From a virus, in the IMG/VR virus record IMGVR_UViG_3300017730_000002, positions 32,001 through 96,000 of that record: DNA of 64,000 bases; one strand, given 5' to 3'. Shown here one piece after another: positions 17,549 to 26,830 of this stretch (position 1 is its first letter; each line of letters opens with the position of its first letter). The notes under the pieces are model-generated. The model saw nothing but the letters and a program-made list of their open reading frames with translations. It made no database searches and had not been told where the DNA came from. The translations under genes and the position numbers were made by a program.

Positions 17549-17840
17549 AACATTGCAAGCAGCTGTCATCGTAACTAAAATAAGGAGAGTTTAATAGTCC
17601 TTCCTTAGACACTGCTTGCATCTTATTAACCTGTAACTGACCCTTGAGTTTTAATTAACTATAGTCTGCGGTGGCTATGAGGGTCAGAACAGGTTTTAGT
17701 CATTATATTTTAGTCGAATATATGCTTGTAGCAAATAACAAAGGAAGAATTTTAACCCATTTTTCCTTTGTTAGCTATATAATGGCAATTTTTTTATTGT
17801 TGCATAGCCAACATATGAAAATTTATTGCGTAATTAGTAT

Positions 17841-18083
17841 ATGAATTATCAGTTACCTAATGGAAAAGTTATCTATATCTCTATAGAGGAGTACTTATCC
17901 TTGACTGATGAAGATATCCAGCATCTTATAGCATTAGACTACGGTGATGTAATTACTAATCCCTTCAGTGGATCAGCAGTAGACACTAAAGGTAAAGTAG
18001 AACCAACAGAACCCAGAGAGTTTTTAGATACGGGTGATGATGGTGAAACCTTTCCAGATATAAATCTATCAGATTTATCTTAA
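17841..18083 (+). CDS. Hypothetical acidic protein
   Basis: 80-aa ORF. Confidence 0.65.
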   Translation: MNYQLPNGKVIYISIEEYLSLTDEDIQHLIALDYGDVITNPFSGSAVDTKGKVEPTEPREFLDTGDDGETFPDINLSDLS

Positions 18084-18195
18084 TGTAATATGACTTATTA
18101 AAGTCCACTTACTTGCATTTGGCAATGTGCAAGTATAGTATCTAGTTGCCCAATTATTTATTTATTTATTTATTTATTTATCAAAACAATTCATT

Positions 18196-18675
18196 ATGAA
18201 TTCAAAAGTTAAAGTAGTAGCTAATGCTACAACAGGAGCGGTTGTTAATGTATCAGAGAACAACCCAGAGTATGGTTATATTAGATTAGAGCAAACTAAA
18301 GCTGTAATTGATGATAACGGATTTTTAAAGAATAGAAGTATTTCTACTTTATTGCAAGGTAATGTAGAAGACCTTAGATCTTTAGGATTTTTTGCAGGTC
18401 AAGAAGTTCCTGGTAAAATTTGCGTTCAAGAATCTTTAGAAGCATTTAGTTCTAAAAATCCTGAAAGAGATTTGAAAGTAGCGGGTGTTACAGGTATTGT
18501 ATGCAGACAAGGTGAGTCACCTATTTATCGCAAGACTGTTTATGATCCAACAGGTTCTAAAGTAGAATCTTTTGTTCAGCATGATAATGTTGCTGAGTTA
18601 AGAGCAGCATATGATGCTCAGAAAGCTACTAGTGAAGCTATTAAGCCTAATGCAGATTTCTCTATAGGAGGATAA
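18196..18675 (+). CDS. Conserved-looking phage hypothetical protein
   Basis: 159-aa ORF followed by terminator. Confidence 0.75.
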   Translation: MNSKVKVVANATTGAVVNVSENNPEYGYIRLEQTKAVIDDNGFLKNRSISTLLQGNVEDLRSLGFFAGQEVPGKICVQESLEAFSSKNPERDLKVAGVTGIVCRQGESPIYRKTVYDPTGSKVESFVQHDNVAELRAAYDAQKATSEAIKPNADFSIGG

Positions 18676-18697
18676 TAAATTTTAATGGTTACAGATA

Positions 18698-18722
18698 AAG
18701 GGTCAGCAATGGCCCTTTTTCT
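18698..18722 (+). terminator. Intrinsic terminator
   Basis: AAAGGGTCA/TGGCCCTTT + U-tract. Confidence 0.6.
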
Positions 18723-18753
18723 ATTTATGAATTTAATAAAAAACAAGTTGTAT

Positions 18754-19248
18754 ATGAGTTCGACTAAAAAACAAAAATTTGAGTACTCTGGAAAACTAGA
18801 AGAGTACCAGTTGTATAAGAAAAATACTTATACCAAATATGAAGCAGATCAATATTCACAATATCAAAACTTTCTTTATAAGAGAGCATTGTATGGTCTA
18901 AAGTCTTTACCAGCTGAAGAAGTAGCAAAGATGAGTAAGCAAAAGCAGATTAGAATACAAAGAGTTAACAGAAGAGCACAGCGTGTTCTTAATGAAGCAA
19001 AGCAAAGAAAAGTAATTAGTATTACTAATGGTTTATTTGCAAAATGGTTTCCTGATACAAAATTTACTAAGTTTATGCTTGGCAGTACTGAAACAGATTT
19101 CAAAGTAAGAAATACTCTAAATTTTAAAGATTTAAATATTGATAAACATGAAATAGTTCGTATATTTATTGAAGAAGGAATCTTAAGTTCAAACTTTTTA
19201 AGTTTAAGAAGAGATCCTAATCAGTTACCAAGATTAAAAAATGTATAG
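18754..19248 (+). CDS. Hypothetical basic protein
   Basis: Likely start MSSTKK downstream of terminator. Confidence 0.65.
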   Translation: MSSTKKQKFEYSGKLEEYQLYKKNTYTKYEADQYSQYQNFLYKRALYGLKSLPAEEVAKMSKQKQIRIQRVNRRAQRVLNEAKQRKVISITNGLFAKWFPDTKFTKFMLGSTETDFKVRNTLNFKDLNIDKHEIVRIFIEEGILSSNFLSLRRDPNQLPRLKNV

Positions 19249-19441
19249 AAACCAAGAATTATCAGAAATAGACCAAGAGTTTTATGATTTTACTAAAGAT
19301 TTTGATTTAGAAGATTGGAGAACGGTTAGAACTGAAGATTATTGGTGGGTAGAGACTCCTATTGGTACTAAAAGACCAAGGAGTACCTATGAAAAGCTTG
19401 ATTTAATTAGGCATTACGTTAATAAAGGAGTGCCAAAATGA
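19241..19441 (+). CDS. Hypothetical protein
   Basis: 66-aa ORF, coupled. Confidence 0.55.
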   Translation: MYRNQELSEIDQEFYDFTKDFDLEDWRTVRTEDYWWVETPIGTKRPRSTYEKLDLIRHYVNKGVPK

Positions 19442-19845
19442 AACCAAAGTTAAAAGAATGTGACGGTTGTCAAAAGATGACTGTTATATGGAAGAATCAT
19501 GAGGGTAATAGATACTGTAAATATTGCTGGAGTTGCCACAAAAGCAGTACTAACAAGCCAAAGAAACCAAACAAGTCTGTTATCCCTCGTGTTTCTGCCA
19601 AAAGAAAGAAGAAAGATGCTGAGTATCTTAAGTTAAGAGAAAGATATCTTATTGACAATTCCCTATGTAAAGTTAAAGTTCAAGGATGCAGTAGTAATGC
19701 TACTGATGTTCATCATACATATGCAGGCAGTAACCGTGATGCTTTTTATTTGGTTCAAAGTACATGGATTCCTGTTTGCAGGAATTGTCATAACTGGATC
19801 CACGAGCATCCAGAAGAAGCAAGAATTATGAATTATTTAAAATGA
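19438..19845 (+). CDS. HNH endonuclease with N-terminal Zn finger
   Basis: CxxC...CxxC; C.V...C...ATDVHH...CRNCHNWIH. Confidence 0.8.
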   Translation: MKPKLKECDGCQKMTVIWKNHEGNRYCKYCWSCHKSSTNKPKKPNKSVIPRVSAKRKKKDAEYLKLRERYLIDNSLCKVKVQGCSSNATDVHHTYAGSNRDAFYLVQSTWIPVCRNCHNWIHEHPEEARIMNYLK

Positions 19846-20210
19846 AGTATATGACAAGCATCGTATTAAGAACATTAACAAAAAAGTCAAAATTAGGAGT
19901 TTGGAAAATTACTGATACTATACAAAATTTACTTGATAGAAAAGATAAAAGAAATCTTGTACAAGCTTACTTTAAATTGACTACAATTAACTATACTGAT
20001 GATATTCTCGATGAATTAGGAATAACATCTAAATGGAAGATTAAAAAACCAGGAGCAAATAAAGATTTATATTATGAGTTTTTAAAGGCAAATAACTGGA
20101 GTAGTGAAATGACTAGTAAAAAAAGTAGAGGAGGTAGGGCTGATAAACTTAAAGGAAAGAATATTCTTTTATCAAAAAGTTCATTACAAAGTAAAAATCA
20201 CGGAAGATGA
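19842..20210 (+). CDS. Hypothetical basic protein
   Basis: 122-aa coupled ORF. Confidence 0.6.
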   Translation: MKYMTSIVLRTLTKKSKLGVWKITDTIQNLLDRKDKRNLVQAYFKLTTINYTDDILDELGITSKWKIKKPGANKDLYYEFLKANNWSSEMTSKKSRGGRADKLKGKNILLSKSSLQSKNHGR

Positions 20211-20458
20211 TACATCAAAAACAAGAAGCTAATACGAATTATCCAAAAGTAAAAGATGATGGGCAGAGATTAATAGATGCTCATTTAAAATTTGATTCAC
20301 CTTCTAAAAATGTAATAGGAGAAAAGTTGTACCCTAGAGAAGCATTGCAAGCAGCAATTGTAACAGCTAAAGAGTTAGCTAGTGCTACTGCAAAGGCTCA
20401 TTGGTATAAAGTGCTTACATATTTAGAAAATCAACAACAAATAAAATATGGTAGATAG
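20207..20458 (+). CDS. Hypothetical protein
   Basis: 83-aa coupled ORF. Confidence 0.6.
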   Translation: MIHQKQEANTNYPKVKDDGQRLIDAHLKFDSPSKNVIGEKLYPREALQAAIVTAKELASATAKAHWYKVLTYLENQQQIKYGR

Positions 20459-21545
20459 AGATAAAGTACAAGCTGAAGCTCTAAAGAAAACTATAGGTAT
20501 TAACAGATGTGGTTTAGGATTGGCTACAGGTGTCGGTAAGACACTTGTAGCACTAAATCATCTGGAGAGTAACTATTCTCCATTGCTTAATATACTTGTA
20601 GTTGCACCAAAACTATCAATTTTTGATAGTTGGAGAGCAGAAGCAAGAAAATTTGATAAAGAAAAGTTATTGGTAAGAGCTACATTTACAACTTACTTAA
20701 GCTTAAATAAACAAAATCCCAAGGACTTTGATATTGTATATCTAGATGAATGCCATAGCTTATTAAATTCTCATAAAGAGTTTCTAAATGAGTATAATGG
20801 TAAGATTCTAGGTCTTACAGGCACACCGCCTAAATATCACAAATCTGAGAAAGGTGTGTTAGTAAATGAATTCTGTCCAATAGTATATGAATTTGTTACT
20901 GATAGTGCTGTAGATAATAATATTCTAAATGATTATCAGATAATTGTACATGAGCTTGAGTTAAGCACAAAGAATAATTATCTAGTAGAAATGAAGAATA
21001 AGAGTTTTAAGACTTCAGAACAAAAAAATTACGGTTATTGGTGTAACAGAATTGAAGCTGGTGCAGGGTCTATGCATATGCTGCGTATTATGAGAATGAA
21101 AGCTATGAAAGAATATCCCAGTAAAGAACAGTATGCTAAATTATTGTTTGAGAGTATTCAAGATAAATGCATAATGTTTGCTAATACCCAAGATCAAGCT
21201 GATAAATTATGTGAGCATAGCTATCATAGCAAGAATCCTGAATCTGAAGATAATCTTGAAATGTTTAAAGAAGGTACTATAAGTAAATTATCTTCTGTAA
21301 TGCAATTAAATGAAGGTGTAAACATTCCAAATTTAAGACAAGGAATTATTATGCATGCATATGGTAATGAAAGAAAGTCTGCTCAGAGGATAGGAAGGTT
21401 ACTGAGGCTTAATCCAGATGAAAAAGCTATAGTACATGTATTATGCTATAAACATACTGTAGATGAAAAATGGGTAAAGACTGCCTTAGAAGGTCTAGAT
21501 AGTTCCAAAATAGAATGGAAGAACTACAATGTTAACCTGGGTTAG
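20448..21545 (+). CDS. Superfamily 2 DEAD/DEAH-type helicase
   Basis: ATGVGKT, DECH, GLTGTP, EGVNIP, QRIGRLLR. Confidence 0.9.
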   Translation: MVDRDKVQAEALKKTIGINRCGLGLATGVGKTLVALNHLESNYSPLLNILVVAPKLSIFDSWRAEARKFDKEKLLVRATFTTYLSLNKQNPKDFDIVYLDECHSLLNSHKEFLNEYNGKILGLTGTPPKYHKSEKGVLVNEFCPIVYEFVTDSAVDNNILNDYQIIVHELELSTKNNYLVEMKNKSFKTSEQKNYGYWCNRIEAGAGSMHMLRIMRMKAMKEYPSKEQYAKLLFESIQDKCIMFANTQDQADKLCEHSYHSKNPESEDNLEMFKEGTISKLSSVMQLNEGVNIPNLRQGIIMHAYGNERKSAQRIGRLLRLNPDEKAIVHVLCYKHTVDEKWVKTALEGLDSSKIEWKNYNVNLG

Positions 21546-21582
21546 ATAGCTATTATCTGCCCAAAAATTAGTATATTATTAT

Positions 21583-21837
21583 ATGGGTGAAGCTAAAACA
21601 CATAAGGTTATTTTGTATAATGATGACATACTCAGTTTTGATTATGTCACAGCATGCTTGATGGAGATATGTAATCATACACCTATTCAAGCAGAACAAT
21701 GTGCCCTTACAGCACATAATAATGGTAAAGTAACTATTATTTCTGGAGATTTTGATGAAATGTACAAAGTATTAGAAACACTGACCATGGTAAGTGTTGA
21801 AGTAGATATAGAAGCATATGAAAGCAATTTGTATTGA
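21583..21837 (+). CDS. clpS: ClpS-like protease adaptor
   Basis: VILYNDD..SFDYV..L...C.H...QAEQCA..AH..GK. Confidence 0.85.
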   Translation: MGEAKTHKVILYNDDILSFDYVTACLMEICNHTPIQAEQCALTAHNNGKVTIISGDFDEMYKVLETLTMVSVEVDIEAYESNLY

Positions 21838-22159
21838 CAGTAGTAACAAGCCAGAAAACATTTCAGAATATGAATGGGTGGAAGAAGGTCGTGTATATAC
21901 TATTACTGAAGTAGTAGAAATGGGTTTGCAAAACGGTAAACTAGGAATTGCCTTAGAAGAAATACAGCTTACAGATGCTTCTGCTCCTTACAAGTATTAT
22001 TCTTTAGAAAGATTTTTATTAGTTCCTGAAAACTTAAGCATTAAGCTTAAAGAACTAAGTGATGAGGATATGAGAGATTGGCAAGAATCCAGTCTTAAAA
22101 CTATAGCTAAAGAAATAGATGCATATGAAGAAGATGCAGATTTGACAAATTCAATTTAA
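21818..22159 (+). CDS. Hypothetical protein (SH3-like start MKAICID)
   Basis: 113-aa ORF; EGRVYTI...RF pattern. Confidence 0.6.
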   Translation: MKAICIDSSNKPENISEYEWVEEGRVYTITEVVEMGLQNGKLGIALEEIQLTDASAPYKYYSLERFLLVPENLSIKLKELSDEDMRDWQESSLKTIAKEIDAYEEDADLTNSI

Positions 22160-22173
22160 TTAACAAACAATTT

Positions 22174-22353
22174 ATGGGAGAAAGAATCTTTGAGGGATCA
22201 ATGATTCTGTTGGTAATATACTTTATAGTATCACAATGTATGGTATTATACTTTTGGTATTTACTTGCACAGAATCACGATTTCTTATACACATTATTTA
22301 TTGGGCCAGTTATAGCAGAGTATAAAGGTTTGCTATGGCCGTTTTTTATTTAA
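22174..22353 (+). CDS. 59-aa membrane protein
   Basis: Manual translation MGERIFEG...WPFFI*. Confidence 0.5.
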   Translation: MGERIFEGSMILLVIYFIVSQCMVLYFWYLLAQNHDFLYTLFIGPVIAEYKGLLWPFFI

Positions 22354-22356
22354 AAT

Positions 22357-22836
22357 ATGCAAGATTACACAGACAAAGATGTACTACTAGCTCTTAAAAA
22401 AGTTATTCCTAGAGTTAGAACAAGAAAAAGAAGTTATTTAGATAAACGTAATTATCTAATATCTATATTGTATTATAAGTTTGAATATACTGAGGAGAAG
22501 ATCTCTAGTATGTTTAAGCTCACATGTGATCCTATGGACAGATCATCAGTATCACATGCTAAAAAACAACCAGGGAACTTTTCTAAAAATGAAGATGTAA
22601 AGTTTTTAATTCATACAGAAGAGCTTGTAAAAGAGTTTCCGTTTAATGTTCCTGAAGTAATTACAGAGGGTATAGAAAAGAATTTATATATACCCATGAG
22701 TTTAAAACAACATAGACGTATTACAACTTATTGTGAAAAGCATAACTATAGACAGAATCAAGCTATTAGAAAATTGCTAGACAGTGCTCTTAAAATTGAT
22801 GAAAGTGATTATACAGTAAGATTAGTAAAAGAATAG
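22357..22836 (+). CDS. Putative HTH/RHH DNA-binding protein
   Basis: DRSSVSHA (DnaA-C-like HTH); C-terminal NQAIRKLLD. Confidence 0.5.
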   Translation: MQDYTDKDVLLALKKVIPRVRTRKRSYLDKRNYLISILYYKFEYTEEKISSMFKLTCDPMDRSSVSHAKKQPGNFSKNEDVKFLIHTEELVKEFPFNVPEVITEGIEKNLYIPMSLKQHRRITTYCEKHNYRQNQAIRKLLDSALKIDESDYTVRLVKE

Positions 22837-22838
22837 TT

Positions 22839-23054
22839 ATGGGACATATGAAAAATTTATACATAGATATATGTAATGCAAATGATGGTGTTCTTCCAAA
22901 AGAACTTACCATAGAAGATGCAAATAGAATGCATGAGTGGAAAATATTTAATTGGACAGAGTATGTACAGAAATTTGATAAGGAAATTAAAGACAAGAAA
23001 TTTGACATCATCACTGATACGCGAGAAAATAAGAAAGAAGAAGAATTATTCTAG
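22839..23054 (+). CDS. Hypothetical protein
   Basis: 71-aa ORF. Confidence 0.55.
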   Translation: MGHMKNLYIDICNANDGVLPKELTIEDANRMHEWKIFNWTEYVQKFDKEIKDKKFDIITDTRENKKEEELF

Positions 23055-23062
23055 AGTAAACA

Positions 23063-23905
23063 ATGAGTGCGGAAATTAAGCATCAAAATACTAAAACCCT
23101 AGTTACCAAAGACAATAATAATAGTGCAAATTGCATAGCTCCTAACCTAGTATATGGTTGTTTTGGAGGCTGTGTAGATACCTATTGTTATATGTCCAGG
23201 TATAATGGTCATAGAGTATTTGTAAATGAGAATGTAGATGATATATTTAACTCTGTTGTAGAGTGGGAGAAAGGTTTTACCAAGGTCCCTGATCAGCAGG
23301 ATCCAATATATACCATGGTAGATGTTGCATGTAATACTGATTTAGTGCTAATGCAGCGTTATTTACCTGAACCATTGATAGATTATCTCAAAAGATATGA
23401 TAATCACCCTACCTTGAATTCAACTATGGCAACTAAGTATCCTAGTTTGTTGAAACTTGACGTCAAAAAGTTCAACAAAAAACCAAGGGTAAGAGTTAGT
23501 CTTATGCCACAAAGGTTTGCAGACGTGTTGGAGCCTAAGATGCAAAAGGTTGCAAGAAGGATTCCTGAGATCAATAGACTTAAAGACCTTGGGTGGGAAG
23601 TGCACGTTAACTATAGTCCTCTTGTTTTCTACAAGAAATGGAAAGAAGACTACAGTGAGTTGTTTAAGATGGTAAAGGATGCAGCAGGAGTAAATAAATG
23701 TGAGGTAATTGCATTAACTAATCATGCTAATCAAATGGCAAGGTCTTCTGATGCGGCCAGAGAATTAATGAGCCTTAGCTATGAAGTAAAAAATAGCTCA
23801 GGTGTTATGAGGTATCCTTTGAAACATAAAACAAGGTTACTTGAGGAGTTTAAAGAACTATACTCACAGTACTTTGATTTAGACACAATAAGGTATATTT
23901 TCTAA
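23063..23905 (+). CDS. Spore photoproduct lyase-like radical SAM protein
   Basis: GCFGGCVDTYCY cluster, DVACNTD, ATK, RVRVSLMP, VHVNYSP, MRY as in SplB family. Confidence 0.75.
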   Translation: MSAEIKHQNTKTLVTKDNNNSANCIAPNLVYGCFGGCVDTYCYMSRYNGHRVFVNENVDDIFNSVVEWEKGFTKVPDQQDPIYTMVDVACNTDLVLMQRYLPEPLIDYLKRYDNHPTLNSTMATKYPSLLKLDVKKFNKKPRVRVSLMPQRFADVLEPKMQKVARRIPEINRLKDLGWEVHVNYSPLVFYKKWKEDYSELFKMVKDAAGVNKCEVIALTNHANQMARSSDAARELMSLSYEVKNSSGVMRYPLKHKTRLLEEFKELYSQYFDLDTIRYIF

Positions 23906-24052
23906 GTTTATTAAGTTTATTAAGTTTATTAGTGCTGCTGATGTACACAGTTCTGGATTAGGTCGTGATAAGATATACGTAATGTGAATCCTAGTAGCTC
24001 AAAATACCTGAAATATAGGTGGCGGGGCCTAAAGTTAAAGCACTAATAATTT

Positions 24053-24126
24053 GCACCCATAGCTCAGATGGATAGAGCAACTGCCTTCTAAGCAGTAGGT
24101 CTTAGGTTCGACTCCTAATGGGTGTA
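24053..24126 (+). tRNA. tRNA-Arg(TCT), CCA not encoded
   Basis: Cloverleaf: GCACCCA/TGGGTGT acceptor, ACTGC-CTTCTAA-GCAGT anticodon arm, GGTTCGACTCC T-arm. Confidence 0.95.
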
Positions 24127-24129
24127 CTA

Positions 24130-24415
24130 AGGGTGTTACTCCACAACGGCAATGTTATGTTAAGGTCTAGGAAGTGTAGTAGAGGTGAGCTTGAAAACGT
24201 AACAGTTACAAGTTGAATTCTCTTGTTCAAGCATGGAGACAGATGAGCAACCCGCGGGGGAAATGGAGGCAAAGTGTATTGACCTATTTGGTAATAGAAT
24301 AGGCATAGAGCCGAATACACAGTATTATACTAACATGGAAGTAAACGTCTATGGAAAAAGATTTGTGAAAGCAACTAGGTGGAGGTAAGTGCTCTAGTAT
24401 AATACTACCCTTTTT
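24130..24415 (+). ncRNA. Putative structured ncRNA immediately 3' of tRNA
   Basis: AGGGT/ACCCT closure, 12-bp helix 24321-24332/24395-24406, GCTTGAA/TTCAAGC, GTGTATT/AATACAC; U-tract end. Confidence 0.55.
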
Positions 24416-24640
24416 ATTAATTTTTATGAGTATGAATGAAGCATATGATTTACTGAGAGATTTAGAAATATTAATTCGTGATGGTAAAGACATCAAGAAA
24501 CAATTAATACTTATTGCAAGTATTAGAATATTAATGAAAGAAGCTGAAAATGGGAACTAATATAGCAGATTGGATGGAGCATTGGGATCATTTTGATAGA
24601 GATTTGTATATAGCTTATCTTATAGCAAAACAAAATAAAG

Positions 24641-24793
24641 ATGAGTAAGTCAAGGTATAAAATGCCATGGGGTAAATATAAAGGAAAGTCATTAAGTGAT
24701 ATACCTTTTAATTACCTAAGATGGTTATCTGAACAAGATTATAGCCCAAAACAAGTGAAAGCTTGGGTAAAAAGACATAAAGATTTTATTTAA
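24641..24793 (+). CDS. DUF3820-like small protein
   Basis: MPWGKYKGKSLSDIPFNYLRW motif. Confidence 0.7.
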   Translation: MSKSRYKMPWGKYKGKSLSDIPFNYLRWLSEQDYSPKQVKAWVKRHKDFI

Positions 24794-24813
24794 TAAATTA
24801 AAAACCAAAAAAG

Positions 24814-25008
24814 ATGGCAATAGACAATGAAACTTTTGAACATTTTAGAGAACTAAAAAGAAAAAAAGAAGAAGCTGAAAATAAAACAATACTTCAAGAA
24901 GTTATTCAATTTTTAATTGATAATGAACAATATGGAGATGATTGGAAAAAACATATTGATCTTCTTCAAAAAATTAGTGATAAAATAAAAATTGCAGAAA
25001 ATGATTAG
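24814..25008 (+). CDS. Hypothetical protein
   Basis: 64-aa ORF. Confidence 0.55.
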   Translation: MAIDNETFEHFRELKRKKEEAENKTILQEVIQFLIDNEQYGDDWKKHIDLLQKISDKIKIAEND

Positions 25009-25312
25009 AATATTATTAGCAGCACTCTTATTAGTAGGGTGTGGTAAAAAACTAGATCTTGTAGAAAAACGAGATGCTGTATGGGACAAAGCAGAAATGA
25101 TTGATGTCAAATGTTACAAGAGTGACACTGATCCAAGGTATTTACAAACCTTTGAGATGAATGGATACAAGTTTGTAATATATACTAATGGACGTGGTAG
25201 TGCTATGCAAGCAATACCTTTAAATAATAATGCAGAATATATCCGCATGTTAGAAGAAGAGAATCAATTGCTAGGAGAAACATTAGCAGAATACTCTTTA
25301 AATTATGAATAA
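25001..25312 (+). CDS. Lipoprotein
   Basis: MIRILLAALLLVGC lipobox. Confidence 0.6.
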   Translation: MIRILLAALLLVGCGKKLDLVEKRDAVWDKAEMIDVKCYKSDTDPRYLQTFEMNGYKFVIYTNGRGSAMQAIPLNNNAEYIRMLEEENQLLGETLAEYSLNYE

Positions 25313-25432
25313 GCCTTGTTATAGATGCCATGTAGTAAAAGACACCTCTGAGATGGAAGAGATTGGAGTGTGGATATGTAAAGATTGCCTAGGGGAATCT
25401 GAAAGTAAAAACAAAAAGAAAAAAAGTAAATT

Positions 25433-26134
25433 ATGAGTAAAGCAGAATTAGAATCAGTAAGTGTAAATACTAATGCACAATTAGAGTTAAAAGTAACTAA
25501 GGAAGATGTATTAAATGTATTATTGGAAAAGAAAGAAAATGAGCTTGTTGAAGCTATAGAAAAGTTGACTGTTATAAAAGATGAGAATGAAAAGAACTCA
25601 AAACAAGTAATGGAAGATTTTATATTGTCAATAGTAAATAAAGAATTTACAGAATGCGAACATTATTATGCTAAGGACCTTAGAAGCCGTGTTAGATATG
25701 CTTGGGAACATCTAACTGTTTATGACTTTAATGGATATGATGTTTATGATATCGTACAATTAAATACTGTAAAGAATCCTTCAAGAGTAAAACAGAAAAA
25801 AGTACATACTTCAACTTATACTTATAAAGTAAATATGAGAGGTGATAATACTTTTGCATATCATTTAATAAAAGAGGTAGAAGATTTAAATGGATGGGAA
25901 GGTACACTTAATAAAAGAGTAGAGCAAAAACTAACAAAAGATCAAATAAAAGATCTTAAGATAGCAATTAAAAAAATAAATGCTTTTAATGAAGCTTATA
26001 AGAATGATCATATAGCTTTAGCTACTCTTGAGTATGAGTTATTGACTTTAGATACCAACCGTGCATTTAGAAATAAACTTACTAAGACTATTATTGCTAA
26101 TGCAGATTTAACACAACTTTTATTAGACGCATAA
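25433..26134 (+). CDS. Hypothetical coiled-coil protein
   Basis: 233-aa ORF. Confidence 0.7.
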   Translation: MSKAELESVSVNTNAQLELKVTKEDVLNVLLEKKENELVEAIEKLTVIKDENEKNSKQVMEDFILSIVNKEFTECEHYYAKDLRSRVRYAWEHLTVYDFNGYDVYDIVQLNTVKNPSRVKQKKVHTSTYTYKVNMRGDNTFAYHLIKEVEDLNGWEGTLNKRVEQKLTKDQIKDLKIAIKKINAFNEAYKNDHIALATLEYELLTLDTNRAFRNKLTKTIIANADLTQLLLDA

Positions 26135-26135
26135 T

Positions 26136-26318
26136 ATGAAAGGATTAGTAATTAATACATATTGGTTAGGAGCTCTTATAACTTACCTAGGCTGTATATT
26201 TTTCTTGACTTCATTAGATGTTATTGTATCTATGATTGGATGGTTTATTATACCCCAGGTATTTAAGTTTAGGGTAAATGAAGAAATAAAAGATTTAGAT
26301 GACAAAGCAGTGGACTGA
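26136..26318 (+). CDS. Small membrane protein
   Basis: 60-aa hydrophobic ORF. Confidence 0.5.
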   Translation: MKGLVINTYWLGALITYLGCIFFLTSLDVIVSMIGWFIIPQVFKFRVNEEIKDLDDKAVD

Positions 26319-26628
26319 TAAAAACATGCTTGAATTTGCAAGAATTGCATCTGGAGGATCCTATGGGGATTACAAAGGATGCAAGTCTTTGCAATCAAAG
26401 CTAGAAAGATATGAACTTATGAATAAAACAAAAAAAGTAAGAGTACTAGTAGATGTATATTATAGCAGAAGTACAGAGTTTGAAATGAATGCTCCTATTG
26501 ATGCTGGAGAAGAAGAAGTTATAGAGTATGTAGAGGATCATTTCTTTGAGAATATGCCAGATATGGCTAATATAACTTTGCACGAAGATGAAGTAAAACA
26601 CCAAGTAATATCAATAGAAGATGAGTAA
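26299..26628 (+). CDS. Hypothetical protein
   Basis: 109-aa ORF. Confidence 0.6.
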   Translation: MTKQWTDKNMLEFARIASGGSYGDYKGCKSLQSKLERYELMNKTKKVRVLVDVYYSRSTEFEMNAPIDAGEEEVIEYVEDHFFENMPDMANITLHEDEVKHQVISIEDE

Positions 26629-26830
26629 AGATTTAAATAAACACAGACAAGTAAAAAGTGTAGATAGTAATAGTATTATCACAAAGAAAGCTGATAGGGT
26701 TTTACCTGTAAAGTTAAGATCAAGATTTGATATGATATTTGAGATAATAGATATAGAAAAGAAGTATCCAAATGATGCTGACTTAGGTAAACACCTTAGA
26801 CAAGAAATATTATCATGGAAAGACGAATAA
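26621..26830 (+). CDS. Hypothetical protein
   Basis: 69-aa ORF, KYPNDADLG.HLR. Confidence 0.6.
   Translation: MSKDLNKHRQVKSVDSNSIITKKADRVLPVKLRSRFDMIFEIIDIEKKYPNDADLGKHLRQEILSWKDE

Noticed and set aside
18154-18181. (TTTA)n microsatellite as a phase-variation switch
   Set aside because: Non-coding AT-rich leader typical of these translation starts; no evidence of variation in a single sequence
24127-24200. Theta/HDV-like ribozyme 3' of the tRNA
   Set aside because: I could not build the nested P1/P2/P3 double pseudoknot by eye; left as an unassigned structured RNA
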